A stretch of DNA of 41,573 nt from contig JBHHUM010000013.1 in the NCBI GenBank assembly GCA_046861645.1, positions 1-41,573 of the forward strand, written 5' to 3'. Source of the stretch: Fidelibacterota bacterium (GTDB taxonomy: Bacteria; Fidelibacterota; Marinisomatia; Marinisomatales; UBA2128). Position 1 is the stretch's first letter, and the number at the start of each line of letters is the position of its first letter. Positions 29,563 through 37,780 of this stretch are shown here, in pieces. A program made the position numbers and the translations under genes. The notes beneath the pieces were generated by a model. It saw only the letters and a list, made by a program, of their open reading frames with translations, ran no database searches and had not been told where the DNA came from.

Positions 29563-29982
29563 TTACAAAAGCAGGCGGGTGGATAAGAGAGCTAATTGAG
29601 GCTGGTTTTTTGTAATTAGATTATTTAGAGTTAAAGTGATATAGTTTGAGTATTGTTCGTAATTAAATGCGGAAATATCAATGAAAACAGTAGGAGTTAC
29701 TTCAATCTTGAAATAACCCGCTTTGACAGCTTTTTTGATTTCTTGTGTATAAGGCCAGAGTGGTATATCGATACAATCTTGGCATTTTTCTAAATGGTTA
29801 TTTCCTTTACTGGCAACATTAGTACAAACGTTTTGATTGCAGGAAGACTCAATAGTGATTCGACCATCAGACTCAAAGCAGGCAACAGGAGCAATAACAG
29901 CCCCTTGGCTTCCAGTTATCAGAATGAGTACTAAACTGAATATAGGTCTTAATTTGGTGCTTATGGTTAATTGCTGCTGCAT
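29563..29982 (-). CDS. small Cys-containing putative periplasmic protein at the czcI position
   Basis: Probable start ATG 29982. Hydrophobic N-terminus, then CFESDGRITIE, C..C and CQDCIDIP. The 30219 extension only translates the repeat spacer. Confidence 0.6.
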   Translation of the reverse strand: MQQQLTISTKLRPIFSLVLILITGSQGAVIAPVACFESDGRITIESSCNQNVCTNVASKGNNHLEKCQDCIDIPLWPYTQEIKKAVKAGYFKIEVTPTVFIDISAFNYEQYSNYITLTLNNLITKNQPQLALLSTRLLL

Positions 29983-29993
29983 AATATTCGCCG

Positions 29994-30022
29994 AGGTTAT
30001 TAAAATCCTATAATAATAACAA
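29994..30022 (-). promoter_or_regulatory. putative promoter of the efflux operon
   Basis: TTGTTA-N17-TAACCT, 11 nt before ATG 29982. Confidence 0.45.
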
Positions 30023-30070
30023 ATGAAAAAGTTCCAACTGGAGATTGGAGTACGCTTGACCGTCTTTGAC

Positions 30071-30154
30071 GGAGTGAGGGAGCTGAGGAGCTGGGGAGAA
30101 AAGTAGATTGGTGGGTTGGTGAGCGGTGAGTGGTGAGTGGTAGAGTGGTGATTT
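30071..30154 (+). repeat. G-rich short tandem repeats (GGAGCTGA-like, then GGTGAGT heptamers)
   Basis: ggagtgagggagctgaggagctgggg...ggtgggttggtgagcggtgagtggtgagtggtagagtggtgattt. Confidence 0.75.
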
Positions 30155-30395
30155 ATGAGTTGTAGCCGGTGTTTTGCAGGAGAGAAAATTTCGGTGTAGT
30201 AGTTTGAACGTCCAAACATTGATTAGATGGATTGGGAGTATGAACCCAGTAGAATTCACCTAAAGTAAATATATTCCACAGGTTGAACTTGATTTGAAAA
30301 TAATCAGGGTTATCAAATAATCAGGCAAATCAGGGTTCAGACAATGAGAGAAGGAAACGTTCAAATTATGGTTCACTCAAATCCGTGTACAGCAC

Positions 30396-30461
30396 CCTGC
30401 CTCCCCGCCTGTCTGCCCTGTCGGTACGACCAGCCCGACATTGGTCTGGCGGACAGGCAGG
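30396..30461. repeat. nested REP-like palindrome
   Basis: CCTGTCTGCC (30408-17) pairs with GGCGGACAGG (30448-57); alternative outer CCTGCCT/AGGCAGG; inner GACCA/TGGTC. Confidence 0.6.
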
Positions 30462-30513
30462 AAAGAAGTCAGGCGAATGGGCAATCTGTTATCCATAATC
30501 CAAACTCCTCAAG

Positions 30514-30542
30514 TTGGAAAAGCGACGCTCATCCAGTAAATT
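30514..30542 (+). promoter_or_regulatory. putative leaderless promoter of archease-rtcB
   Basis: TTGGAA-N17-TAAATT with the ATG 8 nt downstream and no SD. Confidence 0.55.
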
Positions 30543-30550
30543 GAATTGTC

Positions 30551-30979
30551 ATGACGAATCAATCCGATGAAAGTTACTCTCTTATAGATCACACAGCCGA
30601 TCTCGGTTTTGAAGCTCATGCTTATACCCTGCCAGCACTTATGGAGCAGGCGGCCTATGCCCTCTATAGTATTATCACCGATAAGGCTAATATAAGGAAG
30701 GATCATCACCTGCGAGTCGAGATTCCCCTCGATACTCCAGAAGAGAATCTTCGCTATTGGCTGGAGGAATTGCTTTTTCGGTTCAACAGCGCTGACTACA
30801 TCTTCACTCATTTCTCTGTTACGGAGGAAGGAAGCCACCTGGTAGGCATCGCCGCTGGAGAACCATTTGACCCGGAACGCCATATCATCTATACAGAAAT
30901 AAAAGGGATAACCTACCACCAGTTCGAAGTAAAAGAGACCTCCGAGGGCTGGAAAGCAAGAGTAATCTTAGATGTGTGA
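30551..30979 (+). CDS. archease
   Basis: DHTAD, WLEELLF, GEPFDPERH, EIKGITYH and C-terminal ILDV; directly upstream of rtcB. Confidence 0.95.
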   Translation: MTNQSDESYSLIDHTADLGFEAHAYTLPALMEQAAYALYSIITDKANIRKDHHLRVEIPLDTPEENLRYWLEELLFRFNSADYIFTHFSVTEEGSHLVGIAAGEPFDPERHIIYTEIKGITYHQFEVKETSEGWKARVILDV

Positions 30980-31005
30980 GGAATGTTGGTTTATGGTAGA
31001 ATCAA

Positions 31006-32445
31006 ATGAGTGAAGTGCAGCAAATCAACGAATTTTTGTGGGAAGTACCTAAGATAGGTCAGATGAGAGTTCCCGGTCGTATTTATGCCAGCCGTCACCT
31101 TATGAATTCTATCGCAGGTGATCCTTGTGTGGAGCAGGTACGGAATGTGGCTCATCTACCGGGCATTGTAAATTATTCCCTGGCCATGCCGGATATCCAC
31201 TGGGGTTACGGCTTCCCTATCGGTGGGGTGGCGGCCATGGACGCTGATGAAGGTGTCATCTCCCCAGGTGGAGTAGGTTACGACATTAATTGTGGTGTGC
31301 GACTGTTAAGTACACACCTCCGCCGGGAAGACATCCAAGGTCGTATCCGACCTCTATTAGCTCAACTCTTCAGGGATATACCTACCGGTGTCGGTTCCCA
31401 CGGCGCTATCCAAAACCTAACCGTTCCTGAACTCGACCGTATCCTCACCCAAGGGGTTTCCAGAGCAGTGGAGTTAGGGTACGGGACGCCAGCAGACAGC
31501 AAATATGTGGAAGAAGAAGGGTGCATCGGTGGCGCTAAATCGGACCGGGTAAGTGAACGGGCCAAGCAGCGGGGTCGGAAGCAAATCGGAACCCTGGGTT
31601 CCGGCAATCACTTTCTGGAAATTGACTATGTGGACAAAATATACCATAAAAAGGCAGCTGCAAGATTACACCTGTCCTCCGAACAGATCGTGGTCATTAT
31701 CCATACGGGTTCCCGAGGCCTGGGTTATCAGGTGTGTGATGATTACCTGAAATCAACCCTCAAGGCTGTGGATCAATACGGCCTAAAACTTCCAGACCGG
31801 CAGTTAGCCTGTGCCCCCCTTAAATCACCTGAAGGTCAAGCGTATCTGGGGGCTATGAGAGCCGCGGCCAACTTCGCCTTTGCCAACCGACAGGTGATCA
31901 AACATTTAGCAGAAAAAGCTTTCCTCAAAGCCCTTAACCTGCAGCCCCGAGAACTGGGAATGAAACTTATCTACGACATCTGCCACAACATTGCCAAATA
32001 CGAAGAACATACCATCAATAATCAATCGCAGAAAGTTTGCGTACATCGTAAAGGAGCCACGCGATCATTCGGTCCTGGGAGCCTGGCAGTACCGGCTGAG
32101 TACCGTGATATTGGTCAACCCGTACTGGTCCCGGGGGATATGGGTCGCTATTCTTATCTCTGTATCGGAACAGAGAAAGCTATGACGGAAACTTTCGGTT
32201 CTTCCTGTCACGGTGCCGGTCGTATGATGAGTCGCAAAAAGTCATCAAAAGTGAGTCGAGAAATGAATATGATTGCCGAATTAAGGCGGTGTGGAGTAGA
32301 AATCATGGCTCAAGGGAAAAGAACCATCGCTGAGGAGATGCCCCACGCTTACAAGGATGTGGCTCAGGTAGTGGATGTAATGGACGGAGCCGGTATCAGT
32401 AAGAAGGTCGCCCGCTTCCGCCCCCTGGGAGTAATTAAGGGCTAA
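31006..32445 (+). CDS. rtcB: RNA-splicing/repair ligase RtcB
   Basis: MPDIHWGYGFPIGGV, GYDINCG, GTLGSGNHF, HTGSRG, HNIAK, HRKGATR, SCHGAGR and EEMPHAYK. Confidence 0.97.
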   Translation: MSEVQQINEFLWEVPKIGQMRVPGRIYASRHLMNSIAGDPCVEQVRNVAHLPGIVNYSLAMPDIHWGYGFPIGGVAAMDADEGVISPGGVGYDINCGVRLLSTHLRREDIQGRIRPLLAQLFRDIPTGVGSHGAIQNLTVPELDRILTQGVSRAVELGYGTPADSKYVEEEGCIGGAKSDRVSERAKQRGRKQIGTLGSGNHFLEIDYVDKIYHKKAAARLHLSSEQIVVIIHTGSRGLGYQVCDDYLKSTLKAVDQYGLKLPDRQLACAPLKSPEGQAYLGAMRAAANFAFANRQVIKHLAEKAFLKALNLQPRELGMKLIYDICHNIAKYEEHTINNQSQKVCVHRKGATRSFGPGSLAVPAEYRDIGQPVLVPGDMGRYSYLCIGTEKAMTETFGSSCHGAGRMMSRKKSSKVSREMNMIAELRRCGVEIMAQGKRTIAEEMPHAYKDVAQVVDVMDGAGISKKVARFRPLGVIKG

Positions 32446-32469
32446 TATCTGTTAATCCTATCCTAAATT

Positions 32470-33312
32470 TTACTTATCCAGGACTCCCTGCTGATAATCC
32501 AGATAAGCCTGTTTTATCTCCCCGCGGGTATTCATGACGAACGGTCCACCCCTGGCCACCGGCTCATCCAGTCGTTCGCCCGCTAAGAAGAGAAAACCAC
32601 TTCCATTCTCTCCTGCCCACAATTCAACCACCTCACCTTTTCCCAAAACTGCCAATTGACTCTCAGACACCCTCAACTTCTCAAGTCCAATTATGACCTG
32701 ACCCGTATAACAGTAGATAAATCCGTTCATCGCAGGTGGCATAAGGTGAGTAAATGTAAGGCCTGCCCCGAGGGTAACATCAAAATAGTGAATAGCGATT
32801 AAAGCTTCGGCCGGTCCCAGAGTATCACCATATTTCCCAGCGATCACTTTGATCGAACGGCCCCCTTCTACCACCACTGGAATCGCCTCAGCCTGAATAT
32901 CCTGGTAGCGGGGCTCCATCATTTTGTACTTCTTCGGCAGGTTCACCCAGAGTTGATAGCCCCAAACCTCCCCATCCTCCTGTTCCGGCATTTCGCTGTG
33001 AATGATCCCCCGGCCGGCAGTCATCCATTGCACCGCCCCTGGACGGAGATGTCCTTCATTTCCCTTGGAATCACGGTGACGAAAAGCACCACGTTTCAGA
33101 TAAGTGACTGTCTCGAAACCACGGTGAGGATGGGATGGAAAACCAGCAATATAATCATCCCTGTTATCACTTTTGAATTCATCTAACAGCAGGAATGGGT
33201 CTAAGAAATTCAGTTCTGGTGACCCGATAATACGACGGAGATTCACACCGGCGCCATCAGTTGCTTTAATCCCAGTAACGATCTGTGCCACTGCTCTACT
33301 TGGCATCGACAT
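32470..33312 (-). CDS. pirin family protein
   Basis: DGAGV, DPFLLLD, GFPSHPHRGFETVTY, WMTAGRGIIHSE and GPFVMNT. Start at 33312 (or 33306) after a GGGGAAGG SD. Confidence 0.93.
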   Translation of the reverse strand: MSMPSRAVAQIVTGIKATDGAGVNLRRIIGSPELNFLDPFLLLDEFKSDNRDDYIAGFPSHPHRGFETVTYLKRGAFRHRDSKGNEGHLRPGAVQWMTAGRGIIHSEMPEQEDGEVWGYQLWVNLPKKYKMMEPRYQDIQAEAIPVVVEGGRSIKVIAGKYGDTLGPAEALIAIHYFDVTLGAGLTFTHLMPPAMNGFIYCYTGQVIIGLEKLRVSESQLAVLGKGEVVELWAGENGSGFLFLAGERLDEPVARGGPFVMNTRGEIKQAYLDYQQGVLDK

Positions 33313-34162
33313 CCTTCCCCCTGAGCTTATCCCTGAATTCCAGTATAACGCGGCCATAATTTGCCGAGGGATTGTACGCCAGTATCGCCTTCCAGTTGGG
33401 ACTACCCCTCTCAAAGCCCGGGTTTTCTTGCTGATATCCATTTTGCACCAGATAATTGGCCACACTGGCCAGAGCATCAGGCCAGTCAAATGGGTGTCGA
33501 ACTTTATCACCATTAAAGTCCACGGCATATGCAGCAAAGCTTGACGGGATAAACTGTCCGTAACCGAAAGCGCCCGCGTAGGAACCGAAGATACTATGGG
33601 GTGAAATGAAGTTTTCGTAGCAGTATTGCAGGTAGGCAATCATCTCCCTGGTTACCCACCCCTCTTTCCGGGGAACTTTATGGATAATAGTATGAAGGGC
33701 ATCGAAGACTGAATAAGATTTCGAATTTCTCCCGAAGTGAGATTCAATCCCGACGATGCTCAAAAGAAGATAACGATCCACTCCAAAGCTATCAGCTACG
33801 GCATCAACCAGTTCTCCGTACTTTTGATCAAATTCCCTTCCTTCCTGAATTCGTTCATCGGTGATGAAAATCTTCCGGTAGTCACGATAAGCCATAGCTT
33901 CGGCTTGATTGCTAAATCGTCTTGCAATCTCATCGTGAATCTGAATATCATTATGGGAAAATACTTCCTTAATAAAGGTTGGTGGGAGGCCACTTTCCCG
34001 AGCCTGGGAAACCACTTCACTGTAAACTCGTTCCGCCAATTCATTTTCCGCAATGATTTCCACCAACTCCTGTTCGACCGTAAGGCTCCACTCTAAGGGT
34101 TCGATCTGCCCGGCTTCTAATAAAACAGCAAAAACAATTCCACAGACTATCCTGTAAACCAT
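33296..34162 (-). CDS. mltB: lytic murein transglycosylase B family
   Basis: IVGIESHFG (catalytic Glu), GSYAGAFGYGQFIPSS, AVDFNGD, DALASVANYL and YNPS. Start uncertain. Confidence 0.88.
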   Translation of the reverse strand: MVYRIVCGIVFAVLLEAGQIEPLEWSLTVEQELVEIIAENELAERVYSEVVSQARESGLPPTFIKEVFSHNDIQIHDEIARRFSNQAEAMAYRDYRKIFITDERIQEGREFDQKYGELVDAVADSFGVDRYLLLSIVGIESHFGRNSKSYSVFDALHTIIHKVPRKEGWVTREMIAYLQYCYENFISPHSIFGSYAGAFGYGQFIPSSFAAYAVDFNGDKVRHPFDWPDALASVANYLVQNGYQQENPGFERGSPNWKAILAYNPSANYGRVILEFRDKLRGKDVDAK

Positions 34163-34208
34163 AATCAATTCACTATTATGGATAGGGAGCATAGATCTCT
34201 TACTCAAC

Positions 34209-34880
34209 TCAAGTCGTTCTGACATAGATTTCCCGGGCTATCTCTTTATCCACGGCCAACTCAGTTTCCCCAATACGAATCACAAATGATGGCTTTTTCT
34301 GATGTACCATGATAACATTGCCGGTAACTATTCCCAGAGCCGTAAGACGATCGTAACGTTTATGGAAAGAGGGAGTAATGAAGGCTATTTTACCTTCTTT
34401 CCCTAACTCCAGCTCGGAAAGACGACTGACCAAGGGTTTTACTTTTTCGGATTGATAAGTACTACAGCAGATACCCTGAGGGATGGGAGATCCATGGGGA
34501 CAAAGCGGCGGATGTCCCAGGAACGAGCAGACACTATCAGTCACTTCCGGGTTGAGGATGTGCTCGAATTGACAGGCAGTCGTCTCCATACTCTGATCAG
34601 AGACATTCAATGCATCAGATAAAAGCCTCTCAGCCAGCCGGTGGCGGCGAATGATAGCCTGAGCCTTCTGTTCTCCTTCAGGAGTAAAATCCAAGAAATC
34701 CCTCTCCCTGGTAACAAGATTACGTTGGGTCATTTCTGCTAACGTAGCTTCGACATCCACAGGCACCTGGGCGTCTGCCTGACAGATAGTACGCACCTTA
34801 TCCAGCGATTGCTGCCCCTTCTCCCGGGCTATCCATATCGCTTCTAACACCTCATCAATCCAGTTTTGAGTCACGGTCAT
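34209..34880 (-). CDS. DtxR/MntR-family metal-dependent regulator with C-terminal FeoA domain
   Basis: RRHRLAERLL, ACQFEH and CPHGSPIP, then FeoA-like LSEL...RLTALGIVTG...ELAVDKEIAREIYV. Confidence 0.9.
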   Translation of the reverse strand: MTVTQNWIDEVLEAIWIAREKGQQSLDKVRTICQADAQVPVDVEATLAEMTQRNLVTRERDFLDFTPEGEQKAQAIIRRHRLAERLLSDALNVSDQSMETTACQFEHILNPEVTDSVCSFLGHPPLCPHGSPIPQGICCSTYQSEKVKPLVSRLSELELGKEGKIAFITPSFHKRYDRLTALGIVTGNVIMVHQKKPSFVIRIGETELAVDKEIAREIYVRTT

Positions 34881-35055
34881 TTTCTTTTCTCCTGAATACT
34901 TTCTTAAGGAAATTTACGGTTTTTGATTCTGTAACAAATTCATAACCACATTGGGGACATTTGATAAGTGGACAGCCATTACTCATATAGCATCCCGTAT
35001 GGCAGTTTTCAGCTGTTTCATCAAACAGCGCATTGCAGAGTGGACAATGGGTCAT
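34855..35055 (-). CDS. small Cys-rich FeoB-associated protein
   Basis: 66 aa with seven Cys (CPLC, CHTGC, C, CPQC), located between feoB and the dtxR-like gene. Confidence 0.7.
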   Translation of the reverse strand: MTHCPLCNALFDETAENCHTGCYMSNGCPLIKCPQCGYEFVTESKTVNFLKKVFRRKENDRDSKLD

Positions 35056-35104
35056 CCTAATCTAATCCCATCCATTCTATTCAATCGCAGACAATCATTG
35101 ATCA

Positions 35105-37090
35105 TCATAATAATATCCAACGCAAAAGATGATTAATAGTCCCTGCTACCAAAATGGAAAACGGTAGAATAAAGAGTGACATGGCCAGGGCCACTTTAAT
35201 ACCTTGTTCCTTAATGATCATAAAGAAATTGGCAATACAGGGCATAAATAGCGTAATAGCAATCATGCTCACTACTATTTGAATCTGAGTCTCTATGGGA
35301 ATGGGTCCCCCGTGGATTTGAGCATCGAAGAGACTGTAAAGTCCCGCAGCTCCATAATCCCGTCTTAGGAATCCAACAAGAAAAGCTTGGGTAGCCTGGA
35401 TAGGTAGCCCGAGAAACCCTTCAATAACTGGAGATACGCTTCGCTCGATGATGTTGAGGAGTGCCAGCTTGTCAAGGACAAACAGGATGAATGTCCCCAG
35501 AAAAAACAAGGGCACTGCCTCTCTGAGATACCATTCGATTCGGGCTAAAGTCTTAACTCCAATATTAGACAGTTTAGGTAACCGCATGGGGGGTAGTTCT
35601 AACACAAAATCAGAACCCCTTCCACGAATTACTTTTGACGAAAGGAAACCTACTATAAAAATCACGAGGGTGACACAACCTACCCAAAGGAAGGTCATTC
35701 CTGGAGAGAGGGCTGCCAGCATTCCCAGAATTACACCTAATTGTGCAGAGCAGGGTACCCCCAGCGCCAACAGAAGTATCACCATAAGCCTTTCCTTCTT
35801 GCTATCGAGAATGCGCGTGGTCATCGTCGCCATTGTATCACAACCAAGACCAAGAACCATAGGTAACACTGCCTTACCATTAAGACCCATTAACCGGAAC
35901 AATTTGTTCATCATCACTGCCAGGCGGGGTAGATAACCAGAATCCTCCAATATCCCGAATGCCAAGAAAAACGTACCTACAATCGGGAGCACAATGGCTA
36001 TCGAATAGGATAAGGCCATGCTTAAAAGACCATATTCCCCGACCATCAAATCGTGAGCAAACTGGAAAGGCAAAACAGTATCCACAATAGTTGTTACTAA
36101 TGGAGTAATCCATTCCCCAAAAACAGTTTTTTCCAGGTAGTCAACCAATGTTCCGGCACCGAAAACACCTACGAACTGGTAGATGAGATACAAGACAAAA
36201 GCGCCAATAAACAGACCGCCTAAACGGTGTTGACTCCACTCGCCAAGACGGGTGAAGAAGGACGAGTCCGCCGCTTTTTCTTTACGTAATACTTCACCCG
36301 CTAATTGCCGGGCTTGCTTCATCCGTTCCGCGGTAATCACATTACCTACCGAGGTTTGCAGGCCCTTTTGCACCTCCCTTAGAATGTCATTTAGATGATC
36401 AATTTTCTCCTCGGGAATATGTTTATGAACCCAATTACTGAGTGATAGGTCTGAAGACAAGATCATGAGAGACAAACTATCCTTAAAAGGGTGTTCGTTC
36501 TGGATCAGAGACGCTACCGCCTGGCTTGCTTTAGTAATCACTTCTGGATATTCAATTCCATGGAAATGATTGGTGCCAGTTTCAGCCAGCAGGGGAATCA
36601 ACTTTTGCAGGCCAATACGTTGAATCGCCACCGTTTTGATCACAGGCACTTGCAGAATATCAGATAGCGTTTGTTCATCTATAAGGATTCCTCTTTCTCG
36701 AGCCTCATCGGACATATTCAGACATAAGATAAAAGGGATCCCCATTTCTTTGAGTTGTAATGACAAAAGTAACGTTCTATCCAGATTGCGGCTATCACCC
36801 ACCTGAATCACTTGCGCTTGAGGTGAATCCAAGAGAATATCCCGGGTAACTACTTCATCTTCAGAAGAAGGGATCAGGTTATTGACTCCTGGAGTATCAA
36901 TGACCAGAGTAGAACGATCACTTAAAAGTCGTCCATGGGTAAGTTCTACAGTAGTCCCCGGGTAATTTGATACCGTGACGTAATGACCCGTTAAATAACC
37001 AAAGATCACACTTTTACCCACATTGGGATTACCCACTAAAATAATCTTTCCCTTATGATCGGGGAAGTGGGCACCATGATGATGTTTCAT
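35105..37090 (-). CDS. feoB: ferrous iron transporter B
   Basis: G1 GNPNVGKS, NYPGTTVE, DTPG, NMSD, LEDSGYLPR, PCSAQL and FVLELPP. Confidence 0.96.
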   Translation of the reverse strand: MKHHHGAHFPDHKGKIILVGNPNVGKSVIFGYLTGHYVTVSNYPGTTVELTHGRLLSDRSTLVIDTPGVNNLIPSSEDEVVTRDILLDSPQAQVIQVGDSRNLDRTLLLSLQLKEMGIPFILCLNMSDEARERGILIDEQTLSDILQVPVIKTVAIQRIGLQKLIPLLAETGTNHFHGIEYPEVITKASQAVASLIQNEHPFKDSLSLMILSSDLSLSNWVHKHIPEEKIDHLNDILREVQKGLQTSVGNVITAERMKQARQLAGEVLRKEKAADSSFFTRLGEWSQHRLGGLFIGAFVLYLIYQFVGVFGAGTLVDYLEKTVFGEWITPLVTTIVDTVLPFQFAHDLMVGEYGLLSMALSYSIAIVLPIVGTFFLAFGILEDSGYLPRLAVMMNKLFRLMGLNGKAVLPMVLGLGCDTMATMTTRILDSKKERLMVILLLALGVPCSAQLGVILGMLAALSPGMTFLWVGCVTLVIFIVGFLSSKVIRGRGSDFVLELPPMRLPKLSNIGVKTLARIEWYLREAVPLFFLGTFILFVLDKLALLNIIERSVSPVIEGFLGLPIQATQAFLVGFLRRDYGAAGLYSLFDAQIHGGPIPIETQIQIVVSMIAITLFMPCIANFFMIIKEQGIKVALAMSLFILPFSILVAGTINHLLRWILL

Positions 37091-37560
37091 GAAGTCTGCT
37101 CCTGGCAGTTAGTACAGAGTCCAAAAAGTTGATGAATATGTCGCTCCAAACTAAAGTCGAAAGCACGCGCCACCTCTTCCTGCCGAAGCTCGATGTGAGC
37201 GATGATCCGCTGGCTGAATTGCTCGATCTGCTCATCCAGGAATTCGGTAATTTCACCACACTGGATACAGACGAGGTGATCATGATGGGTACTATCCACG
37301 CGGGGTTCAAAGAGCCAGCGCCCCTGACCAATGTCCATACGGCGAACAAAACCGTGCTGATGCATAATATCCATGGTACGATACACAGTCGCCCGGGAAA
37401 CATTAACATTCTTACGGCGGAGAGATAAGTAGATTTCATCAGCTTCACGATGCTCACCGGAAGAAAAAACCTGACGATATACTTCCAACCGCTGGGGAGT
37501 TACCCGCAGGTTTTCTTCACGAAGGATACGTTTAAAACTTTCCAGATCGAAACAGCTCAT
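37087..37560 (-). CDS. fur: Fur-family transcriptional repressor
   Basis: RVTPQRLEV, VSRATVYRT, HHDHLVCIQCG and C-terminal GLCTNC. Confidence 0.9.
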   Translation of the reverse strand: MSCFDLESFKRILREENLRVTPQRLEVYRQVFSSGEHREADEIYLSLRRKNVNVSRATVYRTMDIMHQHGFVRRMDIGQGRWLFEPRVDSTHHDHLVCIQCGEITEFLDEQIEQFSQRIIAHIELRQEEVARAFDFSLERHIHQLFGLCTNCQEQTS

Positions 37561-37570
37561 AGCTTATGAA

Positions 37571-37587
37571 TTGAGACTCAGTCTCAA
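37571..37587. promoter_or_regulatory. perfect 8-1-8 palindrome, candidate Fur/DtxR operator
   Basis: TTGAGACT-C-AGTCTCAA between the -10 element and the fur start. Confidence 0.7.
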
Positions 37588-37589
37588 CT

Positions 37590-37618
37590 AATTTACTACT
37601 TACTTTTCTTTTTATCAA
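37590..37618 (-). promoter_or_regulatory. putative promoter of the fur-feoB operon
   Basis: TTGATA-N17-TAAATT. Confidence 0.6.
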
Positions 37619-37780
37619 AGGTAACTATAAGGGGTAAGCGACAATGAAATGTATCTGATGGATTTGTTTCTGTGAAGAATGAAATCTTACTAAGCACTTA
37701 CCCAAATCCTCCTCGGTACTATCGCCCATATTTCTACTACTCATATAAAATGAAGTTAGTAGCTGGTGAAACTTTAAGAG

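Noticed and set aside
29983..30544. ORF extension to 30219 and ORFs 30008-30259 and 30344-30544
   Set aside because: These are translations of low-complexity repeats and palindromes (HHSTTHHSPLT, CLPACLPC).
33313..33639. 108-aa N-terminal extension of pirin
   Set aside because: Lies within mltB in another frame; the SD and pirin homology begin at 33312.
37757..37769. 13-nt match TAGTAGCTGGTGA to 19789-19801
   Set aside because: Several 13-mer matches are expected by chance in 41 kb, and the similarity does not extend further.
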